Below the pieces are notes generated by a model. The model saw only the letters and a list, made by a program, of their open reading frames with translations. It was not told where the DNA came from and did no database searches. The translations under genes and the position numbers were made by a program. Below, in pieces: positions 1 through 13,400 of a stretch of DNA of 64,000 nt (position 1 is the stretch's first letter; each line of letters starts with the position of its first letter). The DNA comes from Tubiluchus corallicola (taxonomy: Eukaryota > Animalia > Priapulida). Location of the stretch: positions 124,001 through 188,000 of the forward strand of contig JAQGDQ010000379.1 of assembly GCA_030141605.1 (NCBI GenBank), read 5' to 3'.

Positions 1-26
1 GCTAGTACAAGAGTGATGGCAGCCAG
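1..26 (-). CDS. MPDZ: Possible further PATJ/MPDZ exon running off the window edge (LAAITLVL...)
   Basis: Minus-strand acceptor ttgttgcttttcag at 27-40, then an open frame in phase 0 that matches the previous candidate exon. No domain motif supports it. Confidence 0.3.
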
Positions 27-322
27 CTGAAAAGCAACAAATTTTCAAAACTCATTAACTGGCTCATTAATTTGAATTTTTAATCAAAAAATAAACTTAC
101 TTATATGACAATAATCATAAATTATTAAGAACTTCCCAGATTTGTAAATTACCAAATTACAATATAAAAAGCTCATTAATAGTGAATTATACAATCTCAA
201 CTATATTAACTGACTGCAAACTCCTATAAATTCCTAATTTAGAGAAAAAAGCTCATTAAAAGTACACTATGCAATATCGACTACAACTACGAAAGTTAAT
301 GTAATGTGAAAAATGTACACAC

Positions 323-416
323 CGAATAGGCACTGTATACAATTTGTTCTGGTTGACTATTAGCAAGATAGTCATTTAGATCTCTTGTTAATATGATTGG
401 AGCATTTGGCTGGGAG
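323..416 (-). CDS. MPDZ: PATJ/MPDZ exon, linker after PDZ2 (SSQPNAPIILTRDLNDYLANSQPEQIVYSAYS)
   Basis: Strong acceptor ttttcttgtattgcag (AG at 417-418). Phase 2 joins exon 788-948 in frame (AG|C). The donor gtgtgt at 321-322 is uncertain. Confidence 0.55.
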
Positions 417-787
417 CTGCAATACAAGAAAAGATAGTTACTACACTTGTAGAATCATACACGAGTGAAGTCAATCATCAATGAATGCAATTTTTCTGGC
501 TTTTAATTGATTACCTTATAAAATTTTACAGTACTTATAACAACAGAGGAGGGATTTAACTCTTAGATGGATATACTTGATAGTGAGCTGGAGTCCAGCC
601 GTGCCACAAACATCCCAGTGAGTAGGGCCTGGTTATAAGTGCTGGATTTCTGGCTTGAAATGTGCCTTATAAACATCATTCTGTTTACATTTGTGATCTC
701 ATTTTCTTTTTTATTAATTTTTGTCCCTTTAGTCCTAGGCTTACTAATGCTGGTAATACACTTTGTTACATTTGTATATTAGCTTAC

Positions 788-948
788 CTGTGTGAAGGAG
801 ACGAAGGTTCGTTAATACCACGGGCCACCACAAGCCGGACATGGCTGCCAGATTGACGTAACACGGCTGCCACCTGGTCGGAGCCCATACCACGCAAGTT
901 AATGTCACCTATTTGCAAGATATGATCTCCACTTTGGAGGCGCTCGTC
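788..948 (-). CDS. MPDZ: PATJ/MPDZ exon, second half of PDZ2 ([44 protein letters not shown]...)
   Basis: tttttgcag acceptor and gtaagc donor. Translation is a typical PDZ C-terminal half, in frame with exon 3204-3338. Confidence 0.95.
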
Positions 949-3203
949 CTGCAAAAACAGCATTACATATAGTCTTGCATAACCATGTGTGCAACTTAGT
1001 GCTTGTTTTGCTCAAAACAGGGCACAATGAAGGGCTCTCTAAATATGTGAATATTTAATGTATTTGCAATGTATAAATGTGCAAATTTTCAATGTAAAGT
1101 GGTAACATTCAGTGTGGACCTCAGTACTCAAAACAAAACTTTTATTGACTGTGTGTTATCAGCGAGGGTTTTTCCCAAAATTGGACACAAATGTGTCATT
1201 TCAAAACTCGGAGGCAAAAATGATGTTGTGTTGCGTGTATTGTAGCTTTTGGTCGGACCATATAGTGTGAAGTCGTGAACTAACAGAAACATCTTTAGAG
1301 CTGCAGTCTTGAGAAATGATTTTCGTTTATTATGCCAAACACTTCTGTAGAGATAATAATTTGTTTGCTAGTCCCAAAACAAAGTACAATAACAACAAAG
1401 TTATGCTTCATTTTATACCAAATCTTAGAGGCACCAAAAGTGTCTTTCCACTCTGCTCATTTTCTTTCTCTATCTCTATTTTTCTTTGAATGCCTGAATT
1501 GTTTTTCAGCAGCTACTCACACCATTAGACTGAGGAAACAAACTGAAAAACTAGGTGAATATACTCCAAATCGTGATGTTTCACGTTAGTCCCGACCTGA
1601 TACAATGTTTAGCAGAAATAAGGAAATGCCTTAGGGACATATTTCTACAGAGAAAAAATTTAAATATAATACTGAAACATACAAGACCGAGCAAGAAAAT
1701 CAATAACCCTATGAGCAAATCATCACACAAAATTTTAACTTGTCACATATAACTTCACAAAAGTTACTAAATTATAAACTCTGAAATTTTTTTCCTCCAC
1801 TGGAACTTGAACCTAAGATCTTTTCCTTTCTAGACAGCTATACCAACAATTACGCTTACAGCAATACCATTACCATTCTAATAAGTGTTTGATAATGAAA
1901 GCCAAGAAGTAAGCAAAGAGAATTAAATTAACAGACCACAAATGTAGTCCTATATTTCAAACAAGAACAGTTAACCACTTTTGTGACTTAGCCAGCTTTT
2001 ACTTCTATGGAAAACTGTCTCTATAAAATCAGTTTGTTATTTAAGGGCACTGCATCTTCTGTGAATACAGAGTCTCAAGCCAGCACTCTCTTACTTCAAA
2101 TTTCATTTAGATTTTTGTTCTGCAAATCCAGCCCATGAAACAGCAAAATGAATTTTTCCATTTTCTCAGATCGTCATTCTCACTTGAGTGCACTAAACAT
2201 GTTAGCAAAAATAGAGCTGTTGAATTTAAATTCAAGACTTTATTAAGATTTGTTCATTTTAAGAAAAGTTTCTTTCAAATTCCAGCTTCCAAACTATATG
2301 TAGAGTGCTTTAATGGAGGAAAAGTATTAAAAATGACAAAATTTTATGCAACCACCCGAATCACCAAACACCAATTGTCCTTGAATCTGCCTACAATTCT
2401 ACTTCATATGCATCTTTGTTTATACATATGTGTGTTTATAATTCAGCATAGGGTCTAATGATGTTTACAGGTCATAAAACCTAAGATTACAAAATTAATT
2501 AACATAAAATTTGCAACTTTAGAATCAATGTTCAAAGTAGTGTTCAACTTTATATTCAAATTGGAACATTTCGGTTGTCATTTCTGTTTTATTTCTATTT
2601 CATTTCTTGCTTCCATGCACCAAATTGGTGAGTGTTATTTTTGCACCTTTATTGATTTGTGTTTACAAATGATGCTACAAGATGGCAGCATAAGTCAGAT
2701 ACAACATACATTGCTTCTAACCCGATGTCATTGACTAAACAGGAATAGCTCTGTTCAGATCTCACATGGTAACACCACTTAAATTCTAAAGAATCTCTTA
2801 ATCACTTAATAATGTTGAGCTCTCATAGGTATGACAAACTGTTTAAATTTGTGCAGGGAAGGACAGCAAGATTCCATGTATTCACTCTGCCTAGAGCTAA
2901 AAAGTGCTGTTACCAACAACAGTTGAGCTTTTCTACACGAGTAGTATAAATCATTTTTAAAATATTAGTACGTATATTTGTAATGTGCTTTTATGGTTTC
3001 TCCGTAACAGTCTCTGATTATGTTTCGATAAGAAATAATAAATAATCTAAGTCCAAGATCAAATTAAAAAAACTTAAAAGACTGTCGCACACTTTAGTGG
3101 CTTCTTTGTCATTTTAGCAAACAATCGTGGGTTATCCTTGTAAAAAAGAACTGTTACCAATAAAAAAGAATTAAGCAAATTATGCATGATACAAGTTCCT
3201 TAC

Positions 3204-3338
3204 CCTGTCGGCAACTCCACCAGGTAAAATAGTCTTGACGACGACGCCCGTACTGCGACCACCAACTATTCCAAATCCTAGGCCAGAACCATCGTTTACC
3301 AGGTCTATTATCTCTATCTGAGCCCATTCTGTGTTCAA
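3204..3338 (-). CDS. MPDZ: PATJ/MPDZ exon, first half of PDZ2 ([45 protein letters not shown])
   Basis: GLGF carboxylate-binding loop; tttttag acceptor and gtaagg donor; 135 nt, phase 0-0. Confidence 0.96.
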
Positions 3339-5368
3339 CTAAAAATCAAAATCACAAATCATTCTCAAATTCCTGTCTACATTTCAACAAACTAAATAAA
3401 TGGAAAGAGATTAAATCTTTTCACTAGGTCAGGAAGATTACAATGCAAATTTATTTGATTGATACATGCAATTTACTCAAAAACTAATCACAAAATAAAG
3501 TGACAATCAAACAAATGGTAACAGGTATAATCAATAAAAGCAAATGCCTAGCATCATTAACCAGCGATAGAAATGAGAATTTCTCGCGTAAAGAAGAAGA
3601 AATATTGATGACAGTCTTAAGCGAACATCATTCATTTCTTGCAAAATTCGCTTAGTCCGCATATAAATCAAAGTGTAAATAAATTACAGTAATAAAAAGA
3701 GACGATTTCCAGCAAAGCCATGAATTTGAAATTTAACTGACTGTAAAATGAAGCTGCAAGATAGTCTCAATTCACCGAATTTTACACGCACGAATCGGCA
3801 ATCTCGCTTTTACAACCAACTGAAAACTTACATACCTCATTTAAGAATGTAACATTAAAATAGATTTCAATCGTGGAACTGTGCATTTTGCAAGATAAAA
3901 AAATCAATAATGCAAAGGAGACAACTGCACCCGGTTCTTGAACTATGAACAAACACACAAACACAGCCACAGTAATCATGGTTGACACAAATGAAGCTTA
4001 CTAAACCAAGAACTAGTATGATGTGTTTGTGAGTTCATGTTCATAATGACACTAGCTCCCTGGTGACAAGTCTATTGAAGATCTTCAGAGCAAGATCTTT
4101 TCTGGTTAACAAGCAAGCCTCATAAGCTTGCGCAACAACAGTTCCAAAAATTAATTAATAATTTACCTTTCAAGAATTCATACAAAAAATGAAATTTTTG
4201 CAGAAAATTTGTTATCACTGATTGTGGGCAAAGAAGCCATATTTCCATTGGTGCTCTAGATCCCACCTTGTTTTAGTTACTTCATCCAGAGTGGCTTTAT
4301 AATAATAACTTAATCGGCCACTGACTTATACATGTACACATTCATAAATTTGTAAAAAAAAACATTATCATTTGTTAACCAATCTGATCCATCGAAATTC
4401 TTAAAGATGCATTTGCTGCACAAGTTTTCAAATATAGATTACAGCTTTTCACAATATTTAACTTAGGCCTAATGTTAATTAATGTAAAGACATGTTACAC
4501 TTAAAGACAGGGGCTGCAGTGCATGCAGAATCATCTTGATAGTTATGACAAGACTAGAACCTGGCTGATGATCCTCTAATATATGACATAGAAAGTCAAC
4601 ACATCCTCAACTATAGTGTCAGTATGATGAATGAAATCACTCAGAGCGAGTATGGAACCCATGGTCATTAGGCATCCCAAATCAGACAAAATTTTTTCCT
4701 TTGCACTACATTTTAATTAGATCAATAGTATGTGTTTATCTGGGATTACTATTTAATTGCTAATGCAAGCTAAAGATATTGGTTCATGAAATAGAAGCTT
4801 TTACTACACTATTTGCAGATATAAAAATTTTATTGAAAGCATATGTTCAGTTCACACATTCGCTCACGCAACTCAAATATTATAGACATCTTGTGATTTT
4901 TAAACAAAATTGTATTTCAACAGGTCAGAATGCAATTTTTGCAACATTTCAATTTTGAAAATTAATTTTACAAAGACTAAATTGCAATATGCATAGAATT
5001 TTTTCGCTGTATTACTAAAAGAATTTGAGACAAGGCGAATATACCTAAGTGGTTGCATAATCAGTGAAAACTGAGAATACACCAGGTTCAGTACTCGCTT
5101 TGAACGCTTTCATTTGTCATGCTGATTCTGACTGTTTTACTTGCTGAGGCTGTACTCACAATTTAAAACATCTCTGCCAGTTCTGCATCTCATCTTAAGT
5201 GGCCTCAAGCCAGATACTGGTCCTGCCACAGCTATCCACATTAAGTAGATGGAACCACAGAGTGCTGGAGCTCAGGTTGTAATGTGCCATATTGCAGAGA
5301 AAAATACTTACACAAACCTTCTCAACATAAGGTGGTTAAGGCAAATGGCACATGGATGAAATACTTAC

Positions 5369-5609
5369 CACCATACTGGGGTCACTCTCCACGTCGCTCG
5401 AGGGCGTCGGCGTTGCTGAGCTTTGCAACGACGTACTTGGCGACTGATCCCTCTTCGTCGCTGCAGTGCTGCCACCACGTGCTACCACGAGCTCTACCAG
5501 ACCCTTAGCTTGTTGAAGAATGCCGATGGCCTGCTGGTGTGAGATGTTTGTGTCCAACACCTGCCCATCTATGGCCAGGATTTGGTCTCCATCCTGCAGC
5601 CGTCCATCT
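5369..5609 (-). CDS. MPDZ: PATJ/MPDZ exon, second half of PDZ1 plus Ser/Thr-rich linker ([17 protein letters not shown]...LVELVVARG...DPSMV)
   Basis: Lies within ORF 5336-5767; ttttatttcag acceptor and gtaagt donor. Phase 2 start completes AG|A from exon 42087-42298. Confidence 0.96.
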
Positions 5610-6379
5610 CTGAAATAAAACAAGAAGTTGATGCGATGCAAAGAATCAATATAGTTGCAATAAAGTAAACTGATGTCGAGTGAAGCTGCTGCCATAAATG
5701 ATATTGTATTAAATGTGGTGAAAACACTAATGACAAAATATTCCGGTATTACAAAGAAATGTTGCAATTGTTAGTGTTGTGCATGTACTAATTAACAGTT
5801 GGTTGAAAAATCAACATAAAGAAGTGAAATCAAATCAAATCGAACTTTATTTAAAGAAATCAAGAAAAAACATGATTACTGTGACCCACACTCGCTCTTA
5901 GTACAATGAAGTACAAATAAAAACCAAAAAACGATAGAAAAAAAGCTGAGTGGAATTGAAGGGATTAATGACCTTAGTAGTAGCTTCAGATCTAGAGATA
6001 GCTTAACTTCTGAAATAATTTGTTAATGCAAAACAAACATGGATTTGCCAAATTTATAAATAAATAAACAAATTAGTGTGAACTGAAGAATTCAATATAT
6101 GTATATGTATTTGTTTTAAGAAATTTTTAAATTCGGCTTTTCATAGACATGCATTGTCACATTGTTTGCCAAATAAATTCAATGAGCAAGTACAAGAAAT
6201 AAAATTATTTGTAAATGCAGGTTCTAACCAATACAGGACCATTGCCAATATGATGAAGTTACTATTCCAGTGCCACAGTGCATTGCACAACTATACCATA
6301 GTTATACAAATTGTTAAATACAAGGTGCATGCATAATCCGTAACTATATAGTGTAAGAGTAGCTAAACAATGCGACCAT

Positions 6380-6481
6380 ATTATTGTTATTATTATTATT
6401 ATTATCATTATAATTATCATTATTATTACTACTATTATTATTGCTATTATTATTATTATTATCTCTATTATTATTACTATT
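6380..6481. repeat. (ATT)n microsatellite
   Basis: Imperfect att repeats; explains the Ile-rich spurious ORF 6262-6558. Confidence 0.9.
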
Positions 6482-6484
6482 ACC

Positions 6485-6620
6485 AGACTGCATTGTCTAG
6501 TGGTAAGGCGTCTGCATCCGCCTAGGAGGTCATGAGTTCGATAATGCGACCGGGTCATGATACCGAAAACTTTAAAAATGGTACCTGCTGTTTCCCTGCC
6601 AGGTATTTACTGTAAAGATT
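6485..6620 (+). mobile_element. tRNA-derived SINE fragment
   Basis: A-box-like tgtctagtgg and B-box-like gagttcgat, followed by ccgggtcatgataccgaaaactttaaaaatggtacc, which resembles a SINE core seen widely in invertebrates. Confidence 0.6.
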
Positions 6621-8739
6621 GGACAATAATAGTCTCTGTTACGTAATTGTAGTAATTGTTATTTGCAGCCGGCAAAAAGTTCTTTGAGCTTATGTTTAAT
6701 TGACAACTATAATCATTATTCAATAAGGTTAATTGCAAAAATTTGTAATTGTATACTACTACAATGTAATACTTGCAGTGTCAATGAAGGAGTTTAACTG
6801 TAAACATATGTTTGAGTAGCATAATCTTGTTTTACAAATCATTAAAACATTATTTTATATTTTAGCATTGGCAATTTTAATCTTTTTTCTTATTTTAAAT
6901 TAACCAAAATTTCAATAGGTTTCATATCAGGATTGCTAGCTTAGTTTAGTTTATACTAAATGTATATATTGTAGTTTTATCTCAGTATTACATTTTACGA
7001 CGTCTTTTTGCATTTTACTTAATCGATTGATTTTATAATTACACATTGTCGATAAAGAGCTTTAACTGTTCGTGTTATTTATGTCGACGATCTATATTAA
7101 AAAAATATCTTATCTTATCTTATCATATCAATTTTTTTATAATCATCGCATATGTGTATGCAAACGTTATCGAGTTTATAAAGCCACAGCAACGATTCAC
7201 GAGGTTGATGTGATTTGACCAAAGTGATTTGTGTGAAAACTACTTTCATTCAATTAAAAGTAGTATTAAAATATCACGCTTAGCCCATTCTACTAGAACT
7301 TGGTTAAATATAAACATGCAATATTTATATAAATGAAAAAAATCAACATAATTTATAATTTTATGCCACGTCTATTCACTAACGATCCATTTATAAATCA
7401 CCAAACATATCCTTCTTTATCTAAGACATTCTGTACGAAAGTTCTGACACTTTTCGAGTTAATGAGCCTTTTGATTAGAGACGGTATATAGCTAACATTA
7501 TCCACGATCCTCACACGAAACTAATGATTTAGCAACTTTCAAAATAACATTACACATTTCTTGAAAAGCTTAGACATCCATTAATTTAATAAGTACCCAC
7601 TTTAGAGTTGCATCTCCTCACCATGGTAACGCTAACGTTACACAACTCATTATCTTTAGAGTTTCATAATAATTAAAAGAAATGAATTATGCAAATTATG
7701 TAGATGATAGCTAACAATACTCATTAGACAAGATGCAAATTCCGCATGCGCAGCATGAGCACAGTCTGAAGTAAGGGCCCTTTGTGTGTGGTAATTTCCT
7801 AATTTTAAATCAAGTACATTTTACGAGGACTAAACAAAAATAAATGAAATCAATGATTTTAACGTCAATACCGAGAAATTTGTATATACGCGTACACGTA
7901 ATAAAAAATTAGATAAATTTCAGCCTAATGCCAGTAGAATGACAGTAACAAGGCCATTAATCTACATACATTTCTCACATACGCGAGTAACTCGGTCTAG
8001 TGAGGATTATTCTGTCGATAATAACAGAACCAACATGAATTTAGACTGAAAAACCCACAGTATCATCGATGACACAAAGATGATAATAACATCGATCCAA
8101 CTGACTGGATACTCATAAAAGGACAACGTGACTGCAGGCAAGACAGAAGAAGAAAAGATAAAGTATACTGAAGCCCCAGCGAGACAACATGAAATGTCAC
8201 AGTATTATATTAGCCATAGCTAATGTGCAATTGTAACCCATAGGGAGACAGGCGGCATGTGCATAATTTCTTAGCCAACTTTCTACAGGGATACTCAATT
8301 ATATAACAAAGAAAAATCGTCGAATGGAATTACAATAGCTGATGATGACATGTCTCCTTCATGTAGAAAGTACTTGTTTTACTGCTTTATTAAATGCAAC
8401 ATGTATTGTTGAAAGAACATATGGGCTCATTTGTCTTACTTTTCGCTATTATTTTTAACACTAATTCTCAGTAGAAATTCTTTATAAACAACAACGAGAA
8501 AATTTAATACAAAAAAATCCCAGTATAATCCAGCATAATTCAGCTAAATTAGCCTGAAATGATGTAACGTGTTATGTGCTGACAGAAAAAGCAGCAGGTA
8601 ATACAATTTTATTACCTGTAGCAGGAAGTACAATTTTGTTTCATAAAATGAGACACTTTATTAACTAACATAACAATATTGTAGTAATTACCAGCATCTT
8701 TCTATTCATTCTTGTTAATTATGTAAACATTATATATCT

Positions 8740-8880
8740 CGTTGTCGTCGTCATAATCATAAACAGCATCATCATCACCATCACTATCACCACCACCACC
8801 ATCACCATCATCATCGTCGTCGTCGTCGTCACCATTATCATCATAATATTCACCAATGTCACCGTCATTATCACCAGACT
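8740..8880. repeat. Compound (CAT/CAC/GTC)n microsatellite
   Basis: Trinucleotide repeats; explains the Asp/Gly-rich spurious ORF 8702-8884. Confidence 0.85.
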
Positions 8881-9120
8881 TCAATCTGCAGCCCCAGATT
8901 AGCTATTGACGACATGTGAGCGTAAACTGAGACCTATTCACTGTCAATCAATTGCACATTGTAGTAAGAACATTATTTTCGCATCAAAGGAAGTCTGGCA
9001 GCACAAGTTCCGAACAAAATGGCTCAAAGCTTCTTCATAGCAATTATCGACCAGCCAGCTTTCACTTTGCCCTTAAACGAATTACACTATGATCGACCTA
9101 CAAATGTCGGAGTGGCGTAT

Positions 9121-9982
9121 GGGCTGAAGCTCAGAACAAACTACTGACCACGTTAACATAAACAAAAACCCATAGCAAATCACTGACCATGTTGACACAG
9201 GCTGAAGCCAAGAGCAAACTACTGACCACGTTAACATAGGCTGAAGCCAAAAGCAAACTACGGACCACGTTAACACAGCCTGAAGGCCAGAACAAACTAC
9301 TGACCACGTTAACATAAACTGAAGCCCATAGCAAACCACTGACCATGTTAACACGGGCTGAAGCCAAGAGCAAACTACTGACCACGTTAACATAGGCTGA
9401 AGCCAAAAGCAAACTACGGACCACGTTAACACAGCCTGAAGGCCAGAACAAACTACTGACCACATTAACATAAACTGATGCCCACAGCAAACCACTGACC
9501 AAGTTGACACAGGCTGAAGCCAAGAGCAAACTACTGACTACGTTAACATAGGCTGAAGCCAAAAGCAAACTACGAACCACGTTAACACAGCCTGAAGGCC
9601 AGAACAAACCACTGACCATGTTACCATAGACTGAATCCCAGTGCAAACTGCTGACCACGTTAACACAGACTGAAGCCCAGAACAAAAACTGACCATGTTA
9701 GTACAGACTGAAGCCCAGAACAAACTACTGACAAAGTTAACACAGGCTGAAGGCCATGGCAATCTAGTGACCATGTTAGTATAAACTATAGACTGAAGCC
9801 CATAAGAATCTACTGACCATGTTAACGTAGACTGAAGCCCAGAGCAATCTACTGACCATGTTAATACAGCCTGAAGCTCAGAACAAACTACTGACCACGT
9901 TAACATACACAGAAGCCAGAGAAAACTACTGACCACCTTAGCATAGACTGAAGGGCAAAGTAAACTATGTACCACCTTAACC
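9121..9982. repeat. 39-bp minisatellite, about 22 copies, with a 156-bp higher-order unit
   Basis: Unit approximately ctgaagccaaaagcaaactactgaccacgttaacatagg, starting at 9124, 9163, 9202, 9241, 9280 and so on. Confidence 0.95.
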
Positions 9983-10299
9983 AATTAGATTCTTTAATGT
10001 GGTATAAATCAGTACATTACAAACTCCTCGACGGCAAAAGTTTCAATGAAGAGAGCAATGATTACAAATGAAACAATAAGTTAAATAAGTTAGTACAAAT
10101 TAGATACGAATTTTAGCACGCTAATGAAATGTGTTCAATATCCGAAAGCTCTGTAGAATGAAGAATACAAAAACACTGATTACTCCAAATTTGGTGAATA
10201 AAGAGCAAAATAATAGCGAGTGACGTTCGTGGACCTGACAATTAAGGAAATTAAACATGAAACAAACAAACTTTCATTTGGTAAAATATTTGAAGTTTT

Positions 10300-10460
10300 T
10301 TGCAAACGGCATCAATTTACAAATCGTGAGCTTTCTACAACAACTTCAAACACATTCACACAGACATTGCCTCAGTTCACAAGAACTGTCATGTTAAACA
10401 GATATAGATCGCGCTTTTTACCATCAATCATAAAATTATTCGACAACCACTCTGGTAATT
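10300..10460 (+). mobile_element. Decayed LINE (L2/CR1 group) 3' end remnant
   Basis: Translation RYRSRFLPSIIKLFD resembles the RY..SF.P..I.L.N terminal motif of L2-group ORF2. Confidence 0.35.
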
Positions 10461-13400
10461 GCCTTATAACGCCTTCAAATAATAATCGAAATAAAAATTA
10501 CTAACGTCTAGGGAATGTGTAATATATTTTATTTTAGCAGCTAAATAAGTTTTTAATAAAATATCCTGCAATAAACACATTCTTACCAGTAAGAGGTTAT
10601 TTGAATTTGTTTGCATTTTGTAATTTATAATACAATCGTTAATGAAGCACAAGCAACAGCAAACATTCAGCAAATCAGAAGTGCAGTGAAATAGGTTGCT
10701 GTTGTGCAAAAATCTACGAAAACTTATTTGCTTATTTCTTTATTTATTTATTTAAAACGTAACCTGTCTGTGTTGCTGAAGGTGCACTAAGCAGAAAAAA
10801 GGCAAAGGTGTTATCAAAAGAGTGAAAAAATCGATTAACATTTTAGAAAAAATACGACAGATCGATCTCTCAAAGCATTACTTGGTGAGCTTTGAGACTT
10901 AGTATTAACAGTAACACGTTACATTTGTGAAGGGTGATTTCGATAAACAGACAATCGAATGAAGAACAAAAATACTCATTACTGTTGGCATGATTTCTAA
11001 AACGCTTAGAAGCATAAAAGAATGCATCTAGAAACTGTTTTCTAGAAATTCTGGCCTAGCAGACGAAGTTACATCTGGATTTTGTTTGTTGATTCCTTAG
11101 CCTATATATAATTTCCGTTTTTAACACACGCGAGAAGCCACACATTATTGCTCCTCTGCACCTTTAAATAAACTTTCATTAGATTACAGTCAGCAAACAC
11201 AAAATGTGGTACTATTTGCTTTCAATCGTGATAAATCCATCTTAACATTCATTTAAAGCTTCTGCTATTATTGCGCTGTATAGACAGGTCAATACTGCTT
11301 CTTTAGAAGTAGCAAAAGAATGACATCATTTGACTAAGTCATGACATAATCAAGATAACATAAGCTGTACGACATTAAACTTTGCTATTACATATACAAT
11401 AAACGCTGTAGTGCTAATTACTGTCGCTGGTGGCAAACAAAATCTCTTTTGTGATACCATGAAGGCTCGGTGGTAATTAATAATTATCGTAATTAATAAT
11501 TAACAATTAGGTTAATGGAGATGAATTCATACTCTCTGCTCGCGGCAAGTAATACAGATCTCCTGCATACCACGTAGCTACGAATATGCCAATCACATAT
11601 AATTCTACATGTGATGTCTGATATTATTATTTATTATGTAACACAGTAACATGTGATGCAGGTAATACAGTAACAGTATTCCAAAAGTGTCCTAAGTTGA
11701 TGCTGCAGGATCAGGCGTATTACAAAGTGTGGATACGGAAATATTAAAGAACGTGGACCATTTGACGATATAGCATGTGGATTCTATGATAAAGCCAATA
11801 CCCACAGCTGAATCCGTGACGGCAAGCAAAATAGATTTCCAGTCTGTAATGAGAAGCAGTATCAGTCTACCTCTACTACTATACCATAAGTTTATGTTTT
11901 CGCAAAACTTTTGCTACTGACGAGTTCAAGGTTAAATAATCCAATAATATCGTTAAATTCAAACTGAAGCCAGAACACTAAGCTAAAAAAGTGTTACACA
12001 TTTGTGCTTAGCAAAGTAAATAAAACTCATTCAAGTCAACTTTTTGTATTTGAATCAACAAGTCAAAGAAACATAAAAGATGCATTTTAATTTGTGTATC
12101 CTAATGTAACTCTAACAAATATTTCAAGTGACATAATCTTGACCTCATAGGTCTATGACGTCATGCAAAACCCCCACAAGCGCTCCTGTGAGGTGTCAGT
12201 GTTAACAATATACTGCTAACTTATTTATTAAAGCACAGCTGAAAAAGCCTTACTATAAATCAGGATTCAGAAGGCTTCCTTGGTGTTCAGACACATATAA
12301 CTGACATAAGAGCTTTTAAATTGGTTCCCGGTTGTATCGTTCTCTAACCCAGTGTGTCTGTCATAATTCTATACTCATCCCGTTAGGAATTTATAATCAG
12401 TAGCCAGGATTAATGCAAACGATTTATCACATACAGCAGATGCGCAGCAGTGGATCATTTAAAAGCTAATAATGTTTAGCTAATAAAGCGCCCTTGCCTC
12501 TCAAACTCAGCTTGCATATATTTAGACCATCACTAATGCCTGCTTAATATTTATTACATTCCTATATGCTATAAAAGCGTCGTAAAACTGGCAGTGTATG
12601 TTACACAGAAACACGCATGCGCGCGCACGCGTTATCTAAGAAAGATAGTTCTTTGAATATCTCTGTGAATTTATTATACATACATTATACGAACATTAAG
12701 AACTTTGGCAGTCTAAAAAATACCTAATTTCAAGTCTAATGTATAACGTGTAAAAAGCGATGCAAGATCGATCAGTGCGCCAATGTAAGATGACTTTCTG
12801 GGTATAAGATTTTGGTTTTAACAGAAACTGAGCAGTGTGCATATATATATATATATATATAAAGTTCTGCTTCTCCAAGGCAAATGCCAAGAATGCTGGT
12901 CACGACAAACACTGTTCATTGAACAGACGTATAACATTGAGTGGGAAAAAAATTACTAAGCTGTAGAAAATTATAAAACAATCAAAATTTTAATCATAAT
13001 CGTTTTGCGAAATTATTTTTAAAACTAAACGACATAATTACTATGAAAATCACCTGCTTGTTGTAATAATTAGAAAATGTCGATGTTGTAAGCTGTCAGA
13101 CTGAACAGGTTTCAGCTGCACTGTGATATGCCGAGATGCGATTACAATGTAAATTAAGCGACACTTGGCTCAAAGTAAGTTCACAATTACGCGACGGCCT
13201 GCATGGCATATCTATGATAATACTGAAGCCACAGTACAGCACGTAATCAATGGGGAAGCCGAGTGGAAAATCAGAATGGATGCAGGACTGGCTTCGCTGA
13301 GAGCAGAAATTGATCTTGGTAAAGTCAGACTGATATAACAACAAGTTGAAAGCTTCACGTATCTACAGCTAACAATCTAACAATTGTAAGACAGCAGAAG

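Noticed and set aside
577-665. Open frame between PATJ/MPDZ exons 788-948 and 323-416 (HISSQKSSTYNQALLTGMFVARLDSSSLS)
   Set aside because: Splice sites are weak, and the 89-nt length with the best donor would break the phase 2-2 frame.
9082-9984. Three long minus-strand ORFs
   Set aside because: By-products of the 39-bp (13-codon) minisatellite; no splice or domain support.
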